Assembly: GCA_017619735.1 (NCBI GenBank) | Contig: JAFZRT010000012.1 | Location: 319-64,318, forward strand | Source: Clostridia bacterium | GTDB lineage: Bacteria; Bacillota; Clostridia; Christensenellales; CAG-138 | Direction of reading: 5' to 3' | Length of the DNA: 64,000 nucleotides | Shown here: positions 36,346 through 47,476 of the stretch, one piece after another | Numbering within the stretch: position 1 is the stretch's first letter | Layout of the letters: every line of letters begins with the position of its first letter | The notes under the pieces: generated by a model | Database searches by the model: none | Told to the model about the DNA's origin: nothing | The model's input: only the letters and a program-made list of their open reading frames with translations | Made by a program: the position numbers and the translations under genes

Positions 36346-37008
36346 TTATTTCCCCGATCTTCTGTTGTAAAGTATCTGCCACAGCAGCAGTATCGCCTGA
36401 GCCGGTATCCCGATGAGGAATATCGTCCACGGCTGATGCTTTATGAAGAATATGAACAGCGCGCCGAGTATGGTCCAGACGCAGGCCGCCATAAGCGCAA
36501 AGCTGTTCTGCATGCGGCCCCATAGAATGTTGAATATGAGCAGCACTATCGCCGTCGCGGGGACTGCGATGAGGAAGCATATCCACGGACGCGGATACTG
36601 CGGCGCAAACACCGTCAGCAGGGCGAACGCCGTCACAGCGGCGAACCATACCGCCGCGGCCGCCATGAGAGTAACGGTGAACTTCCTTTCGGAGCGGAAG
36701 CCGAATATGCTCGCGAGCTTGGCCATATTGGTCTGCTGCTCGTGAGCGGCGGCGCGGACGCCGTCGTCCGCCTGTTCGGTGGGCGTCTGCTCCGCGCCGG
36801 GATCGGAGATAAGGCGGTCGACGGTCACTCCGAAGATATCCGCCAATCTTTTGAGCACGGAGATATCGGGCACGGATTCGCCCCGTTCCCACTTCGACAC
36901 CGCCTTGTCGGTGTAGTTCAGCTTCTCCGCCAGATCCTGCTGGGTCATGCCCGCCTTCTGCCGCAGCGCCGCGATATTGGATGCTATTATTCTCCGTAAT
37001 TGCTCCAT
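36346..37008 (-). CDS. XRE HTH regulator with four C-terminal TM helices
   Basis: TQQDLAEKLNYTDKAVSKWERGESVPD plus hydrophobic tail. Confidence 0.88.
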   Translation of the reverse strand: MEQLRRIIASNIAALRQKAGMTQQDLAEKLNYTDKAVSKWERGESVPDISVLKRLADIFGVTVDRLISDPGAEQTPTEQADDGVRAAAHEQQTNMAKLASIFGFRSERKFTVTLMAAAAVWFAAVTAFALLTVFAPQYPRPWICFLIAVPATAIVLLIFNILWGRMQNSFALMAACVWTILGALFIFFIKHQPWTIFLIGIPAQAILLLWQILYNRRSGK

Positions 37009-37152
37009 TTTCTACCCTCGGTCTACCTCGACTCTACCGCCGGTAGGGTCGTTCTACTGTCGATTATAACCTGTTTACCGAACTAAATCAAGCGTGGGTT
37101 TTGTTTTCGCCGGATCGGGATATAATAGCAGTGAAGGGAGCATTTTCTATCC

Positions 37153-37815
37153 ATGGCAAAAAAACTCACGATACTCGGCGACTCCATTATGAAGGGCGTC
37201 ATGTATAACAAGGAACGCAACCGTTACGTACTGTACAACGACGGCTGGTTCCTTGACGGCGCGCTCGAAAGGGGCGTCGAGATCGAGAAGCGCTGCCGCA
37301 TGGGCGCGACCGTCGAATACGGCTTCGACAGTCTCTCCGCGATCCCCCGCGGTTCCTCCGTGCTCATAGAGTTCGGCGGCAACGACTCCAATTTCAACTG
37401 GAGCCTCATCGCCGATTCGCCGAAGGCCGAGCACCGCGCGTTCACCCCGCCGGAGGACTTCTACGAGCGCTACAAGAAGCTCGTGCGGGGCGTCATGGAT
37501 CGCGGCGCTGAGCCAATCGCCATGAACCTCATTCCCATCGACGCCGGCTCCTATTTCAAATGGATATCCCGCACCGCAAACGGCGAAAGGGTGCTCGAAT
37601 GGCTGGGCGACGAGAACATGCTTTACAGATGGCACGAGTATTACAGCCGCGTGATAGAGCGCGTCGCCGGCGAGATGGGATGTCGGCTCGTCGATCTGCG
37701 CGGGCAGCTGCTGCTCGACAGATCCTACTGCAGCATGATCGGCGCGGACGGCCTCCATCCGAACGAAAAGGGCCACGAGCTCATTAGGAAGCTCCTGCTC
37801 CCCGCGATAGTCTGA
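37153..37815 (+). CDS. SGNH/GDSL hydrolase
   Basis: GDSI, FGGND, DGLHPN. Confidence 0.9.
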   Translation: MAKKLTILGDSIMKGVMYNKERNRYVLYNDGWFLDGALERGVEIEKRCRMGATVEYGFDSLSAIPRGSSVLIEFGGNDSNFNWSLIADSPKAEHRAFTPPEDFYERYKKLVRGVMDRGAEPIAMNLIPIDAGSYFKWISRTANGERVLEWLGDENMLYRWHEYYSRVIERVAGEMGCRLVDLRGQLLLDRSYCSMIGADGLHPNEKGHELIRKLLLPAIV

Positions 37816-37886
37816 CCCCTCAAAACACTGTTTTCCTCAATGAAAGAACGGCGGGGATCGATGCTCCGCCGTTCTTTTATCATGCT

Positions 37887-38714
37887 TTATTTCAGGTTCT
37901 CCCTCACCGTGTCGAGGGAGCGGTTGAGCTTTGCGAAATCGACGCTCCCGTCGGGCAGCACCGAGGTCGACTCCACCGTGGCGTAGCCCGAATATCCGCT
38001 TTCGCGCACCCTTTTGAAGAACGGTCCGAAATCGACGTGGCCTTCGCCGATGTGCCTCACGCGGAGATCGCCGAAGTCCTTATAGCCGCCGCTGTAATCG
38101 TTGACGTGCAGGTGCGCCGTCCTCCCCGACCACAGCTCGACGCAGTCGACGGTCGCCTGCGTCTCCAGATGGAACTCCGCCATCTTGGTATCGACGGTGA
38201 ACAGGGCGTCGGGGTATTCCGCCATAATCCGCCTGATATGCGTCAGCGGCGTTTCGACGGCGCAGACGACGTTTTCCACCGTGAGCGTCACGCCGTGCTC
38301 ACGCGCCTCCCGCATGAGATCGCCGAGCACAGAAATGTTCACGCCGATATTCCGGTCGGAGGCAGGCCCGCCCCACAGATGGAGCACCATGAGTCCCGCC
38401 CCGAGCTCACGCGCGATACCGCAGCCCGTCCTGAACCGCGCCCGCGCCTCCTCAATATCCTCCGCCGAGCCCATGCTCAAAAGCTCGCCTATGCGCTTGT
38501 CGGCGTGGAGCACGGGTATCGGTACGCGGAGCTCCGTTGAAAAGCTCTTCACGGTCTCCGTTATCTCATCGAGCCGACCGTCCCACGAGGGATAGATCAT
38601 GAACTCGATCCCGTCCGCCTTTATATGCGGCCAGAACTCCCTCAAAAGCCGGGGATCCCTGCCGTTGAATCTCGTTATAAGCGCTCCGGAGGAGCAAAGC
38701 ACGCCCTTTATCAT
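37887..38714 (-). CDS. Sugar phosphate isomerase/epimerase (xylose isomerase-like TIM barrel)
   Basis: VEN, DTKM, HLHVND, GEGHVDF, TVE. Confidence 0.8.
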   Translation of the reverse strand: MIKGVLCSSGALITRFNGRDPRLLREFWPHIKADGIEFMIYPSWDGRLDEITETVKSFSTELRVPIPVLHADKRIGELLSMGSAEDIEEARARFRTGCGIARELGAGLMVLHLWGGPASDRNIGVNISVLGDLMREAREHGVTLTVENVVCAVETPLTHIRRIMAEYPDALFTVDTKMAEFHLETQATVDCVELWSGRTAHLHVNDYSGGYKDFGDLRVRHIGEGHVDFGPFFKRVRESGYSGYATVESTSVLPDGSVDFAKLNRSLDTVRENLK

Positions 38715-38880
38715 GAATGAATGCCGCCGTTCCGTTTTTTTCTCATTATAAACCCGCCGCGCCGCCATTACAAGCCGCCGGCTGCCGCCCGCAATATATA
38801 TTGAAGCGCCTCCGCGCGGGTATATGAATGAGCCCTTTTTTGTGATATAATCAAGCAAAACTATCATTTGGACGGTAACA

Positions 38881-40680
38881 ATGGAACGATCGAAAGAACC
38901 GCGCGGCATAAAGCGTTATGCCGGCTTCGTCGGCGGCTACTGGCTCCCGACCGTGCTCACGCCTATTTTCATGATATTCGAGGTCGCTCTCGAAGTGCTC
39001 ATCCCCCTGCTCATGGCCGCCATAGTCGACGGCGGTCTTTACGGGCGGGATGATTTTCTTCTGCGCTCGGTGATCCCCGCGAGCCTCGTCACGGGCTCCA
39101 TGCGGCTGATATTCACCTTGGGCGGGCTGATGGTGGTCGCCGCGCTGCTCTCGCTCTCCTGCGGCATGCTCGGCGCGCGCACCGCCGCCGTCGCTGCCAT
39201 GGGCTTTGCGAAGAACCTGCGCCGCTCGATCTTCGACAAGATACAGAGCTTCTCCTTTGCCAACACGGACAGGTTCTCGACGTCGTCCCTGATCGTCCGC
39301 ACGACGACCGACGTCACCATGATCCAGAACACGTTCCAGCAGATAATCAGGATATTCGTCCGCGCGCCGATGATGATGGTCTTCGCCGCGATAATGGCGT
39401 TCAACATCAATTCGGAGCTCTCGTGGATATTCATGCTCGCCATACCCTTCCTGCTCGCGGCGATGCTGATACTCATCACGAAGGGCCATCCGCGCTTTAT
39501 GAAGATGCTCAAAAATACCGACGCGATGAACACCTCCGTGCAGGAGAACCTGATAGGCATGCGCGTCGTCAAGGCGTTCGTCAGGGAGGACTACGAGAAG
39601 GAGAAGTTCCACGCCGCGGCGGGGGATCTCCGCAAGGCGCAGATACACGCGCAAAAGATATTCTCCTTCGCCCCCGCTATACAGCTCGTGATCATGTGGA
39701 GCTGCACGATAGTGCTGCTCGCCCTCGGCGGCATGAGGATAATCCGCTTCAAGGCGTTCGGCCCCGGCGAGCTCACCAGCCTCATGACCTACACCACCCA
39801 GATAATCAGCTCCCTCGCCATGGTCTCGTTCTTCGTGATATCGATCTCCATGGCGAAGGCCTCCGTCTCCCGCATAAACGAGGTGCTCGACGAGGAGCTC
39901 GACATCATCGGCGCCGATTCCGACCTCAAGGTCGAAAACGGCGAGATCGAGTTCCGCGGCGTCGATTTCAGCTACACCGGCGATCCCGAAAACCTAACGC
40001 TTTCCGGTATAAACCTGCACATCCGCTCCGGTGAGACCATCGGCATAGTCGGCGGCACGGGCGAGGGCAAATCCACCCTCGTACAGCTCATACCGCGCTT
40101 CTACGACGTCCTCTCCGGCGAGGTGCTCATCTCCGGCCATAACGTGAAGGAGTACTCCCTTTACGAGCTGCGCGAGGGGGTTTCCATGGTGCTGCAGAAG
40201 AACATGCTCTTCTCCGGCAGCATACGCGACAACCTCCGCTGGGGCGATCCCGACGCCACGGACGAGGAGATCGAGGCCGCGTGCCGCATGGCCTGCGCGC
40301 ACGACTTCATAATGAGCTTCCCCGACGGGTACGACACCGACCTCGGCCAGGGCGGATGCAACGTATCGGGCGGGCAGAAGCAGCGCCTCTGCATAGCGAG
40401 GGCGCTCCTGAAAAAGCCCAAGATACTCATACTCGACGATTCCACTTCCGCAGTCGACACCGCGACGGACGAAAAGATCCGCCGCGCCTTCCGCGAATAC
40501 ATACCCGGCACTACCAAGCTCATAATCGCCCAGCGCATCGCCTCCATAATGGACAGCGACCGCATAATCGTTATGGACGAGGGCCGCGTCACCGATATCG
40601 GCACGCATGACGAGCTGATGGCAAGGAGCGTCATCTACCGGGAGGTATACGAATCCCAGATGAAAGGAGAGGATGAATAA
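38881..40680 (+). CDS. ABC exporter, fused TMD-NBD subunit (degenerate site)
   Basis: GGTGEGKS, VSGGQKQR, LILDDSTSAVD, IAQR. Confidence 0.93.
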   Translation: MERSKEPRGIKRYAGFVGGYWLPTVLTPIFMIFEVALEVLIPLLMAAIVDGGLYGRDDFLLRSVIPASLVTGSMRLIFTLGGLMVVAALLSLSCGMLGARTAAVAAMGFAKNLRRSIFDKIQSFSFANTDRFSTSSLIVRTTTDVTMIQNTFQQIIRIFVRAPMMMVFAAIMAFNINSELSWIFMLAIPFLLAAMLILITKGHPRFMKMLKNTDAMNTSVQENLIGMRVVKAFVREDYEKEKFHAAAGDLRKAQIHAQKIFSFAPAIQLVIMWSCTIVLLALGGMRIIRFKAFGPGELTSLMTYTTQIISSLAMVSFFVISISMAKASVSRINEVLDEELDIIGADSDLKVENGEIEFRGVDFSYTGDPENLTLSGINLHIRSGETIGIVGGTGEGKSTLVQLIPRFYDVLSGEVLISGHNVKEYSLYELREGVSMVLQKNMLFSGSIRDNLRWGDPDATDEEIEAACRMACAHDFIMSFPDGYDTDLGQGGCNVSGGQKQRLCIARALLKKPKILILDDSTSAVDTATDEKIRRAFREYIPGTTKLIIAQRIASIMDSDRIIVMDEGRVTDIGTHDELMARSVIYREVYESQMKGEDE

Positions 40681-42602
40681 TGGCAAGGCAGAACGAGATA
40701 ATCGCCAACCATAAGGGCAAGCGCCGCCCGGAAAACTTCTTCCGCACGATAGGCCGCCTCCTCTCCTATTACAGGAACTGCATGTGGGCGCTGATATGCG
40801 CCGTGCTGTGCATACTGGTCTATTCCGCCGCGACTATAATCGCGGGCTATATGCTCGATCCCCTCGTAAAGGTGCTGGAGAGCGCTCTTGACGACAAGGC
40901 GGGCATACACATCGACGAGCAGACCGCCAAATACACCGTGCTGCTGATCTACATGGGCGCGCAGTATCTCGTCGGCGCTCTGACGAACTTCGGCCTGAAC
41001 CGCCTTATGCTCACCTGCACCGCGGTCGTTATGGAAAAGCTCAGGACGGATCTCTTCGACCGCATGCAGGAGCTGCCCGTCAGCTTCTTCGACGGGCACA
41101 CCCACGGCGAGCTGATGAGCTATTTCACCAACGACGTCGACGCCATCCGCGAGATGCTGAACCACAGCGTGACGCAGCTGCTCATCTCCACGGCTTCGCT
41201 CGCGGGCGTAATAGTCGCGATGGTCTCGCTCTCCGCCCCGCTCTTCCTCATCGTGCTCGTGCTCGGCACGCTCGTCGTGCTCATCACCAAGTTCATCGCC
41301 TCGCGCTCCGGCCGCAGCTTCGTCTATCAGCAGAAGGCGCTGGCGACGGTCAACGGCTACATCGAGGAGATGATGGAGGGCCAGAGGGTCGTAAAGGCCT
41401 TCAATCACGAGGAAAAGGTCATGGCCGATTTCGACGTGATGAACGAGGACCTGCGCAAGGTCGCGACGAGGGCGAACACCCTCGCCTCCATTATGGGCCC
41501 GATAATGAACAACCTGTCGCACATATTCTACGCCCTGACAACGACAATCGGCGTGCTCTTCGCCGTCAACGGCGAGCTCATCAACAAGCTCAGCAAGAAC
41601 TCGAGCTTCGACTGGTCGCGCGTGGGCGTCGAGGGCGCGGTGCTGATAACGTTCCTCTCCTTCATACGCCAGTTCTCCAACCGCGTGTCGGAGATCTCCC
41701 AGCAGTTCAATTACATACTCCTCGCCCTCGCCGGCGCTGAGCGCGTGTTCAAGCTGATGGATATGCCGCCCGAGATCGACGAAGGCGCAGTCACGCTCGA
41801 AACGCTCGAAGACGGCAGCAGGGTCTGGCACGTCATTGGCAAGGACGGCGAAGTGACCCGCATACCGCTCGTCGGCAGGGTCGAGCTCCACGACGTCGAC
41901 TTCAGCTACGACGGCGAAAAGACCGTTTTGGAGGACGTTACTCTCTACGCGAAGCGCGGTCAGAAGATCGCCTTCGTCGGATCGACAGGCGCAGGTAAGA
42001 CCACCATCACGAACCTCATTAATCGCTTCTACGATGTCCGTGACGGCGAGATAACCTACGACGGTATAGATATCAGGGATATCAAGAAGGACAATCTGAG
42101 GGGCACTCTGGGCATGGTGCTGCAGGACACGCACCTCTTCACCGGAACAGTAATGGAGAACATCCGCTACGGCAAGCTCGACGCCACCGACGAGGAATGC
42201 ATCGCTGCGGCAAAGATCGCCAACGCGCACTACTTCATCTCCCACCTGCCGGAGGGCTACAATACGATGCTCTACGCCGACGGCGCGAATCTTTCGCAGG
42301 GGCAGCGCCAGCTCATCGCCATAGCGAGGGCGGCAGTGGCCGCGCCCGTCGTGCTGATACTCGACGAGGCGACGAGCTCCATCGACACGAGGACCGAGAA
42401 GCTCATAGAATCCGGCATGGATAAGCTCATGGAGGGCAGGACGGTGTTCGTCATCGCACACCGCCTCTCCACCGTCAGGAACTCCAACGCGATAATGGTG
42501 CTGGAGCACGGCAGGATAATCGAGCGCGGCGACCATGCGGATCTCCTCGCCCAGCAGGGCAAGTACTATCAGCTCTATACCGGCGCGTTCGAGCTTTCAT
42601 AA
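40680..42602 (+). CDS. ABC exporter, fused TMD-NBD subunit (consensus site)
   Basis: GSTGAGKT, LSQGQRQ, LILDEATSSID, IAHR; forms a heterodimer pair with the upstream gene. Confidence 0.93.
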   Translation: MARQNEIIANHKGKRRPENFFRTIGRLLSYYRNCMWALICAVLCILVYSAATIIAGYMLDPLVKVLESALDDKAGIHIDEQTAKYTVLLIYMGAQYLVGALTNFGLNRLMLTCTAVVMEKLRTDLFDRMQELPVSFFDGHTHGELMSYFTNDVDAIREMLNHSVTQLLISTASLAGVIVAMVSLSAPLFLIVLVLGTLVVLITKFIASRSGRSFVYQQKALATVNGYIEEMMEGQRVVKAFNHEEKVMADFDVMNEDLRKVATRANTLASIMGPIMNNLSHIFYALTTTIGVLFAVNGELINKLSKNSSFDWSRVGVEGAVLITFLSFIRQFSNRVSEISQQFNYILLALAGAERVFKLMDMPPEIDEGAVTLETLEDGSRVWHVIGKDGEVTRIPLVGRVELHDVDFSYDGEKTVLEDVTLYAKRGQKIAFVGSTGAGKTTITNLINRFYDVRDGEITYDGIDIRDIKKDNLRGTLGMVLQDTHLFTGTVMENIRYGKLDATDEECIAAAKIANAHYFISHLPEGYNTMLYADGANLSQGQRQLIAIARAAVAAPVVLILDEATSSIDTRTEKLIESGMDKLMEGRTVFVIAHRLSTVRNSNAIMVLEHGRIIERGDHADLLAQQGKYYQLYTGAFELS

Positions 42603-42611
42603 GGAGGCCCC

Positions 42612-43331
42612 ATGCTCACTGTCAACGATTTCCCGACCGTATCCACAAGGGAGCAGCTGGCCTCGCTCGTAGCGGAGGCGGGCTTTCTTCCCTTCTTCTC
42701 CAGCGGTATCGCGGGCTTTTCACTTCGCGACCACATAGACCCCGCCGTCTGGTTCAAGGATGGCGTGGACGGCCCGTGGGAGTGGAAGGCGGACGTAGGC
42801 GTTTACGGAAAGCTTTTCCGCGGCAAGGCGGTCTTCATGACTCCCGAATGGTACGGCATACTCGCCTGCTATCGCCGCGACGGCTACGATTTCGAGGGCA
42901 TGTACGAGGACGGTCTGCTGCCGCACGGCGCGCTGCCCATAATGAGCGAGCTCGAAAAGGGCTCCGCCCCCGGTATCTCGATGGAGAGCATGGGCGGGCT
43001 GAACGCTCCGCGCATGGGTGTCATCAGCTCCGACCTGCGCGCGCGTACCGGCATGACGGACAAGGCGTCCGGCTTCGACCAGATAATCAATCTGCTGCAG
43101 ATGAAATGCTTCGTGATCCCCACGAGCTTCGAATACGCCGTCGACCGCCGCGGCAACCCCTACGGATGGGGCCTTGCGCGGTACTCGCTGTCGGACGACC
43201 GTTACGGCGTTCAGATCGCGGCCGCCGAGGAGCGGTATTCCCCGAAAGAGGCGAAGGAGCTCCTTACGGAGCGCGTCATGGCGCTCTGCCCCGACGCGGC
43301 CCGCAAGCAGGCGGAAAGGCTTATAAAATAA
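42612..43331 (+). CDS. AlkZ-related winged-helix protein
   Basis: GFLPFF, PWEWK, YGKLFRGKA, RRDGYDF, YGWG. Confidence 0.65.
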   Translation: MLTVNDFPTVSTREQLASLVAEAGFLPFFSSGIAGFSLRDHIDPAVWFKDGVDGPWEWKADVGVYGKLFRGKAVFMTPEWYGILACYRRDGYDFEGMYEDGLLPHGALPIMSELEKGSAPGISMESMGGLNAPRMGVISSDLRARTGMTDKASGFDQIINLLQMKCFVIPTSFEYAVDRRGNPYGWGLARYSLSDDRYGVQIAAAEERYSPKEAKELLTERVMALCPDAARKQAERLIK

Positions 43332-43420
43332 AAAAGCCCCCGGCACAGCCGAAAAGGGCAAAGCGTAAAGATAAAAAAGATCCGGGGGCGTTTCCTTAAT
43401 CCCCGGATCTTTTATTCGGT

Positions 43421-43708
43421 TCACCAGGTCTCGTTCTGCAGCTTCGTCATGTTCTGCTTTGCGGATTCGATCTCCTGCTGCTGCGCCTGCTTGGTCTCGT
43501 ACATGCTGCGGCTCTGCATCTCCTCGAACACGCAGAGCTGATCATCCGCGCACTCGCTCATGTGCCTTGTCAGAAGGCGGCGGAGCTCCGGCGACGCGGA
43601 CTCCGTGCAGTTGCCCGCATAGGTCTTGACCATGTCCTTTTCGGTGTGCAGAAGGTCGGTCAGCAGTTCCCTTTCGCTCATGTTCTCATTGCTTTTCATT
43701 TCGTTCAT
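43421..43708 (-). CDS. Coat F-domain spore protein
   Basis: DLLHTEK..Y...TESA.PELR..M..R.MY. Confidence 0.7.
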   Translation of the reverse strand: MNEMKSNENMSERELLTDLLHTEKDMVKTYAGNCTESASPELRRLLTRHMSECADDQLCVFEEMQSRSMYETKQAQQQEIESAKQNMTKLQNETW

Positions 43709-43718
43709 ATTCCCCTCC

Positions 43719-43958
43719 TCAGCTGCGCGAATCCAGATAGTTCCTGAGCGCGTCGAAATGCCTGCGGTGATGCTCGGCGTGATTCGAAGCCATCGACTTC
43801 AAGGCCTGATCCTGAAATCTGGACTCATAGACCTTGCACTTCTTGTACGCGAGCGCTTCCGCGTACATCTCGTCCTGCACTACGCCGAGGTCCTTGGTAC
43901 CGATATGCCCCTGACCGGAGCCGTCCATGAACCACGGCTGATTATTGTTGTTCTGCAT
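43719..43958 (-). CDS. Small spore-coat-associated ferritin-like protein
   Basis: E.LAYKKC..Y...QD..LK..H..HFD.L..YL; pairs with the Coat F gene. Confidence 0.6.
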   Translation of the reverse strand: MQNNNNQPWFMDGSGQGHIGTKDLGVVQDEMYAEALAYKKCKVYESRFQDQALKSMASNHAEHHRRHFDALRNYLDSRS

Positions 43959-44064
43959 AGCTGCCTCCTTGTGATTGATGTAGGCTTATTCTGTGCGGAA
44001 GCACTTTTTTTATGCATAAAAAATCGCAGGAACGGTATTCCGTTCCTGCGATATCGAAGCTTGT

Positions 44065-44565
44065 TCAGATGAGCTCGATGAGAGCCATCTCAGCGGCGTC
44101 ACCGCGGCGGGGACCCAGCTTCAGGATGCGGGTGTAACCACCGGTCTTGCCGTCGTACTTGGGAGCGAGCTCGTTGAAGAGCTTCTCGACGACGGGGTGA
44201 TTGGCAGCGGTGCGCTTCTCGAAATCGGCGCGCTTTTCCTTGTGCTGCTGTACCTCGGTGATATTGTAGAGGTAGGCCATGATCTGCCTTCTCGCATGGA
44301 GCTTGGAGGGCTTATCGACGTTCACGGTCTTCTCTATCTCGACTTCCTGCTGCTTGTCGTTGACCGTCTTGATGGTCTTGGTGACAGTCTCTGTATTCTT
44401 ATACTCAGCCACGGCCATGGTGATGAGCTTCTCGACAATGGGGCGGATCTCCTTCGCGCGGGTCTCGGTCGTAACGAGCTTGCCGTTCCAAAGAAGAGCG
44501 GTGGCCATGTTGCGGAACATAGCATCACGCTGATCGGTGGGCTTGTTGAGCTTACGGTTAGGCAT
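44065..44565 (-). CDS. rplQ: 50S ribosomal protein L17
   Basis: TTETRAKE, GGYTRILKLGPRRGDAAEM. Confidence 0.95.
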   Translation of the reverse strand: MPNRKLNKPTDQRDAMFRNMATALLWNGKLVTTETRAKEIRPIVEKLITMAVAEYKNTETVTKTIKTVNDKQQEVEIEKTVNVDKPSKLHARRQIMAYLYNITEVQQHKEKRADFEKRTAANHPVVEKLFNELAPKYDGKTGGYTRILKLGPRRGDAAEMALIELI

Positions 44566-44607
44566 AACTTTTTCCTCCTAAATTAGTTGCCGTTCGGCAT
44601 GTAAAAA

Positions 44608-45549
44608 TCAATCGTCGCTTTCTCTGAGGGCAAGTCCCAGACCGGCCAGCTTCTGCTGGACCTCCTCGAGGGACTTACGGCCGAGGTTACGCACCTTCAT
44701 CATCTCCTCCTCATTGCGCTCGACCAGCTCCGCTACGGAGTTGATGCCCGCGCGCTTGAGGCAGTTGTAAGACCTGACGGAGAGATCCAGCTCTTCGATG
44801 GGAGTCTCCAGGAGCTTGGACTTGTCGTCGCCGCCCCTCTCCTCGAAGATGGTGTCATGCTGGCTGCCCTCGGTGAGGTTGATGAACAGGCTCAGATGCT
44901 CGGTCATAATGTTGGCTGCCTTGGAGACAGCCTCCTCGGGACGGATCGCGCCGGAGGTCCAAACCTCGAGTGTGAGCTGATCGAAGTCGGTGGTGTTGCC
45001 GACTCGGGTATCGTCTACACGGAAGTTTACCTTGGTTATCGGTGTGAAGATGGAATCAACGGCTATTTCACCGATGGACATTCCGGGCTTCTTGTTCTTA
45101 TCGGCCGAAACATATCCGCGCCCCTGATCGAGAATTATCTCCATATAGAGACGGGCATTTTCGCCCAGAGTTGCGATGTGCAGATCGGGGTTGACGATCT
45201 CAACGTCGGCATCCGTGATGATATCGGAGGCCTTGACCTCGCCTTCACCCGTGGCGTCAACGACGACACGCCTGGCGCCCTCGCCGTGGATCTTGGTGCG
45301 CAGTTCCTTGAGGTTGAGGATTATCTCGGTGACATCCTCTTTCACACCTTCGATGGTGGAGAACTCATGGAGAACGCCGTCGATCTTGACGGAGGTTGCA
45401 GCGACGCCGGGAAGCGAGCTAAGGAGCACACGACGCAGACAGTTGCCGAGGGTAGTACCGAAACCGCGCTCAAGGGGCTTTACCTCAAAGCGGCCGTAAC
45501 GTTCGGTAAGCTCAACGCACTCAATTTTGGGTCTTTCAATTTCCAACAT
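44608..45549 (-). CDS. rpoA: RNA polymerase alpha subunit
   Basis: [32 protein letters not shown]. Confidence 0.98.
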   Translation of the reverse strand: MLEIERPKIECVELTERYGRFEVKPLERGFGTTLGNCLRRVLLSSLPGVAATSVKIDGVLHEFSTIEGVKEDVTEIILNLKELRTKIHGEGARRVVVDATGEGEVKASDIITDADVEIVNPDLHIATLGENARLYMEIILDQGRGYVSADKNKKPGMSIGEIAVDSIFTPITKVNFRVDDTRVGNTTDFDQLTLEVWTSGAIRPEEAVSKAANIMTEHLSLFINLTEGSQHDTIFEERGGDDKSKLLETPIEELDLSVRSYNCLKRAGINSVAELVERNEEEMMKVRNLGRKSLEEVQQKLAGLGLALRESDD

Positions 45550-45618
45550 CAAACTCTCCCCTCTCTTTCTTAAGCGTACAGGGTGTTGCCCTTTAAGGGG
45601 GCAACGGTTCTCAAATCA

Positions 45619-46248
45619 TTACCTGGAATAGAACTCAACAATGAGATGCTCCTCAATGATAACGTCGATATCGTCACGCTGCGGCATAGCAACGACAGTA
45701 CCCTTAAGGTTCTCAGCATCGAGGGTGAGCCACTTGGGCATCTTGCCGTCGGCGCCCTGCTCGCGGATGGCCTTGAAGCATTCCATATCGCGGCTGCTGT
45801 TGCGGACGGAGATCACCTGACCGGGCTTTACGATGTAGGAGGGAATGTCGACTTTCTTGCCGTCGACGGTGATGTGGCCGTGTACAACGAGCTGACGGGC
45901 CTGCGCGCGGCTTGCGCCGAAAGCGAGACGGTAAACTACGTTGTCAAGGCGGCGCTCGCACAGACCGAGAAGGTTATCGCCGGTTACGCCGCGCATGTTG
46001 GTAGCCATATCGTAGTACTTCCTGAACTGGGACTCAAGCACGCCGTACATCCTGCGGACCTTCTGCTTCTCGCGAAGCTGGATGCCGTAGTTGGACTGCT
46101 TGCGCTGACGAGCCTGACCATGCTGTCCGGGAGGGGTGGCGCGCTTCGTAAACGCGCACTTCGCACTGTAGCAGCGCTCGCCCTTGAGGAAGAGCTTGCA
46201 GCCTTCCCTGCGGCACTGCCTGCAAACGGAATCAGTATATCTTGCCAT
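45619..46248 (-). CDS. rpsD: 30S ribosomal protein S4
   Basis: [25 protein letters not shown]. Confidence 0.98.
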   Translation of the reverse strand: MARYTDSVCRQCRREGCKLFLKGERCYSAKCAFTKRATPPGQHGQARQRKQSNYGIQLREKQKVRRMYGVLESQFRKYYDMATNMRGVTGDNLLGLCERRLDNVVYRLAFGASRAQARQLVVHGHITVDGKKVDIPSYIVKPGQVISVRNSSRDMECFKAIREQGADGKMPKWLTLDAENLKGTVVAMPQRDDIDVIIEEHLIVEFYSR

Positions 46249-46263
46249 AATCGTTTGCCTCCT

Positions 46264-46668
46264 TTATACACGCCTGCGCTTGGGAGGACGGCAACCGTTG
46301 TGGGGGATCGGCGTAACGTCTTTGATCATGTTGATCTCAAGACCCGCCGCCTGCAGCGAACGGATTGCGGACTCTCGGCCGGCGCCGGGACCCTTAACAT
46401 AAACTTCTACAACACGCATGCCGTGCTCCATGGAGGCCTTCGCGGCCTGCTCCGCGGCCATCTGCGCCGCGAAGGGAGTGCTCTTCCTGGAACCGCGGAA
46501 GCCGCAGCCGCCGGCGGAAGCCCAGGAGATGGCGTTGCCGTTAAGATCGGTGATCGTAACGAGAGTGTTGTTGAAAGAGGAACGGATGTGAGCCTGACCG
46601 CGCTCGATGTTCTTCTTCTCGCGGCGCTTACGGGTGGTAACTTTCTTACCCTTTACCTGCTTAGCCAT
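46264..46668 (-). CDS. rpsK: 30S ribosomal protein S11
   Basis: [27 protein letters not shown]. Confidence 0.98.
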   Translation of the reverse strand: MAKQVKGKKVTTRKRREKKNIERGQAHIRSSFNNTLVTITDLNGNAISWASAGGCGFRGSRKSTPFAAQMAAEQAAKASMEHGMRVVEVYVKGPGAGRESAIRSLQAAGLEINMIKDVTPIPHNGCRPPKRRRV

Positions 46669-46682
46669 TTAGCGTTTCCTCC

Positions 46683-47048
46683 TTACTTCTTCCTGCTCAT
46701 CTGACGCTTCGGGCCCTTACGAGTCCTCGCGTTCTGCTTGGTGGACTGACCGCGAACAGGCAGGCCCTTACGATGGCGGACGCCACGGTAACAGCCGATC
46801 TCTATGAGGCGCTTGATGTTGAGCGCAGTCTCACGCCTGAGGTCACCCTCCACCTTGAGGTTCTTATCAATGTATTCCCTGAGAAGATTGACATCGTTCT
46901 CGGAAAGATCCCTGACACGGATGTCGGGATCAACGCCGGTTTCCGCCAGGATCTTTTTGCTCGTGGAAAGGCCGATACCGTAAATGTAGGTAAGGCCGAT
47001 CTCAACACGCTTGTCCCTGGGCAGATCTACGCCACTAATACGTGCCAT
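46683..47048 (-). CDS. rpsM: 30S ribosomal protein S13
   Basis: [22 protein letters not shown]. Confidence 0.98.
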   Translation of the reverse strand: MARISGVDLPRDKRVEIGLTYIYGIGLSTSKKILAETGVDPDIRVRDLSENDVNLLREYIDKNLKVEGDLRRETALNIKRLIEIGCYRGVRHRKGLPVRGQSTKQNARTRKGPKRQMSRKK

Positions 47049-47314
47049 TAGGTTTTTTTACCTCCGTAAAATAATGAAAATGATTCGTTATCCGGGAATT
47101 ACCCTTCCCGTTGGGGGGTATTATCACCTGCCGGTTCCCGATTTCAGCATGAGCCGAGCAACCACTATTCGGCTCATATCGAAACCGGGCAGCCGCACCG
47201 GACAGGAAATGATCGTACATCCTTAGAGAAAGTATCCACACCTCGCGCGAGAGAAGTGAGTTCTGCGCGAGCGAACATCCCTCGATGGAAGTCGGGCGGC
47301 GCTGTCAGCGCTTA

Positions 47315-47428
47315 TCAGCCCTGCTTCTGCTTATGACGGGGATTGTCACAAATGATCATGACGCGGCCCTTGCGCTTGATGATCTTGCACTTTTCGCACA
47401 TGGGCTTTACAGACGGCCTGACTTTCAT
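47315..47428 (-). CDS. rpmJ: 50S ribosomal protein L36 (absent from the ORF track)
   Basis: Manual translation [37 protein letters not shown]; AGGAGG RBS. Confidence 0.97.
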   Translation of the reverse strand: MKVRPSVKPMCEKCKIIKRKGRVMIICDNPRHKQKQG

Positions 47429-47476
47429 GGTTTCTCCTCCTTAAGTATTTGAAATATCCAACAATGAACCGATCGC

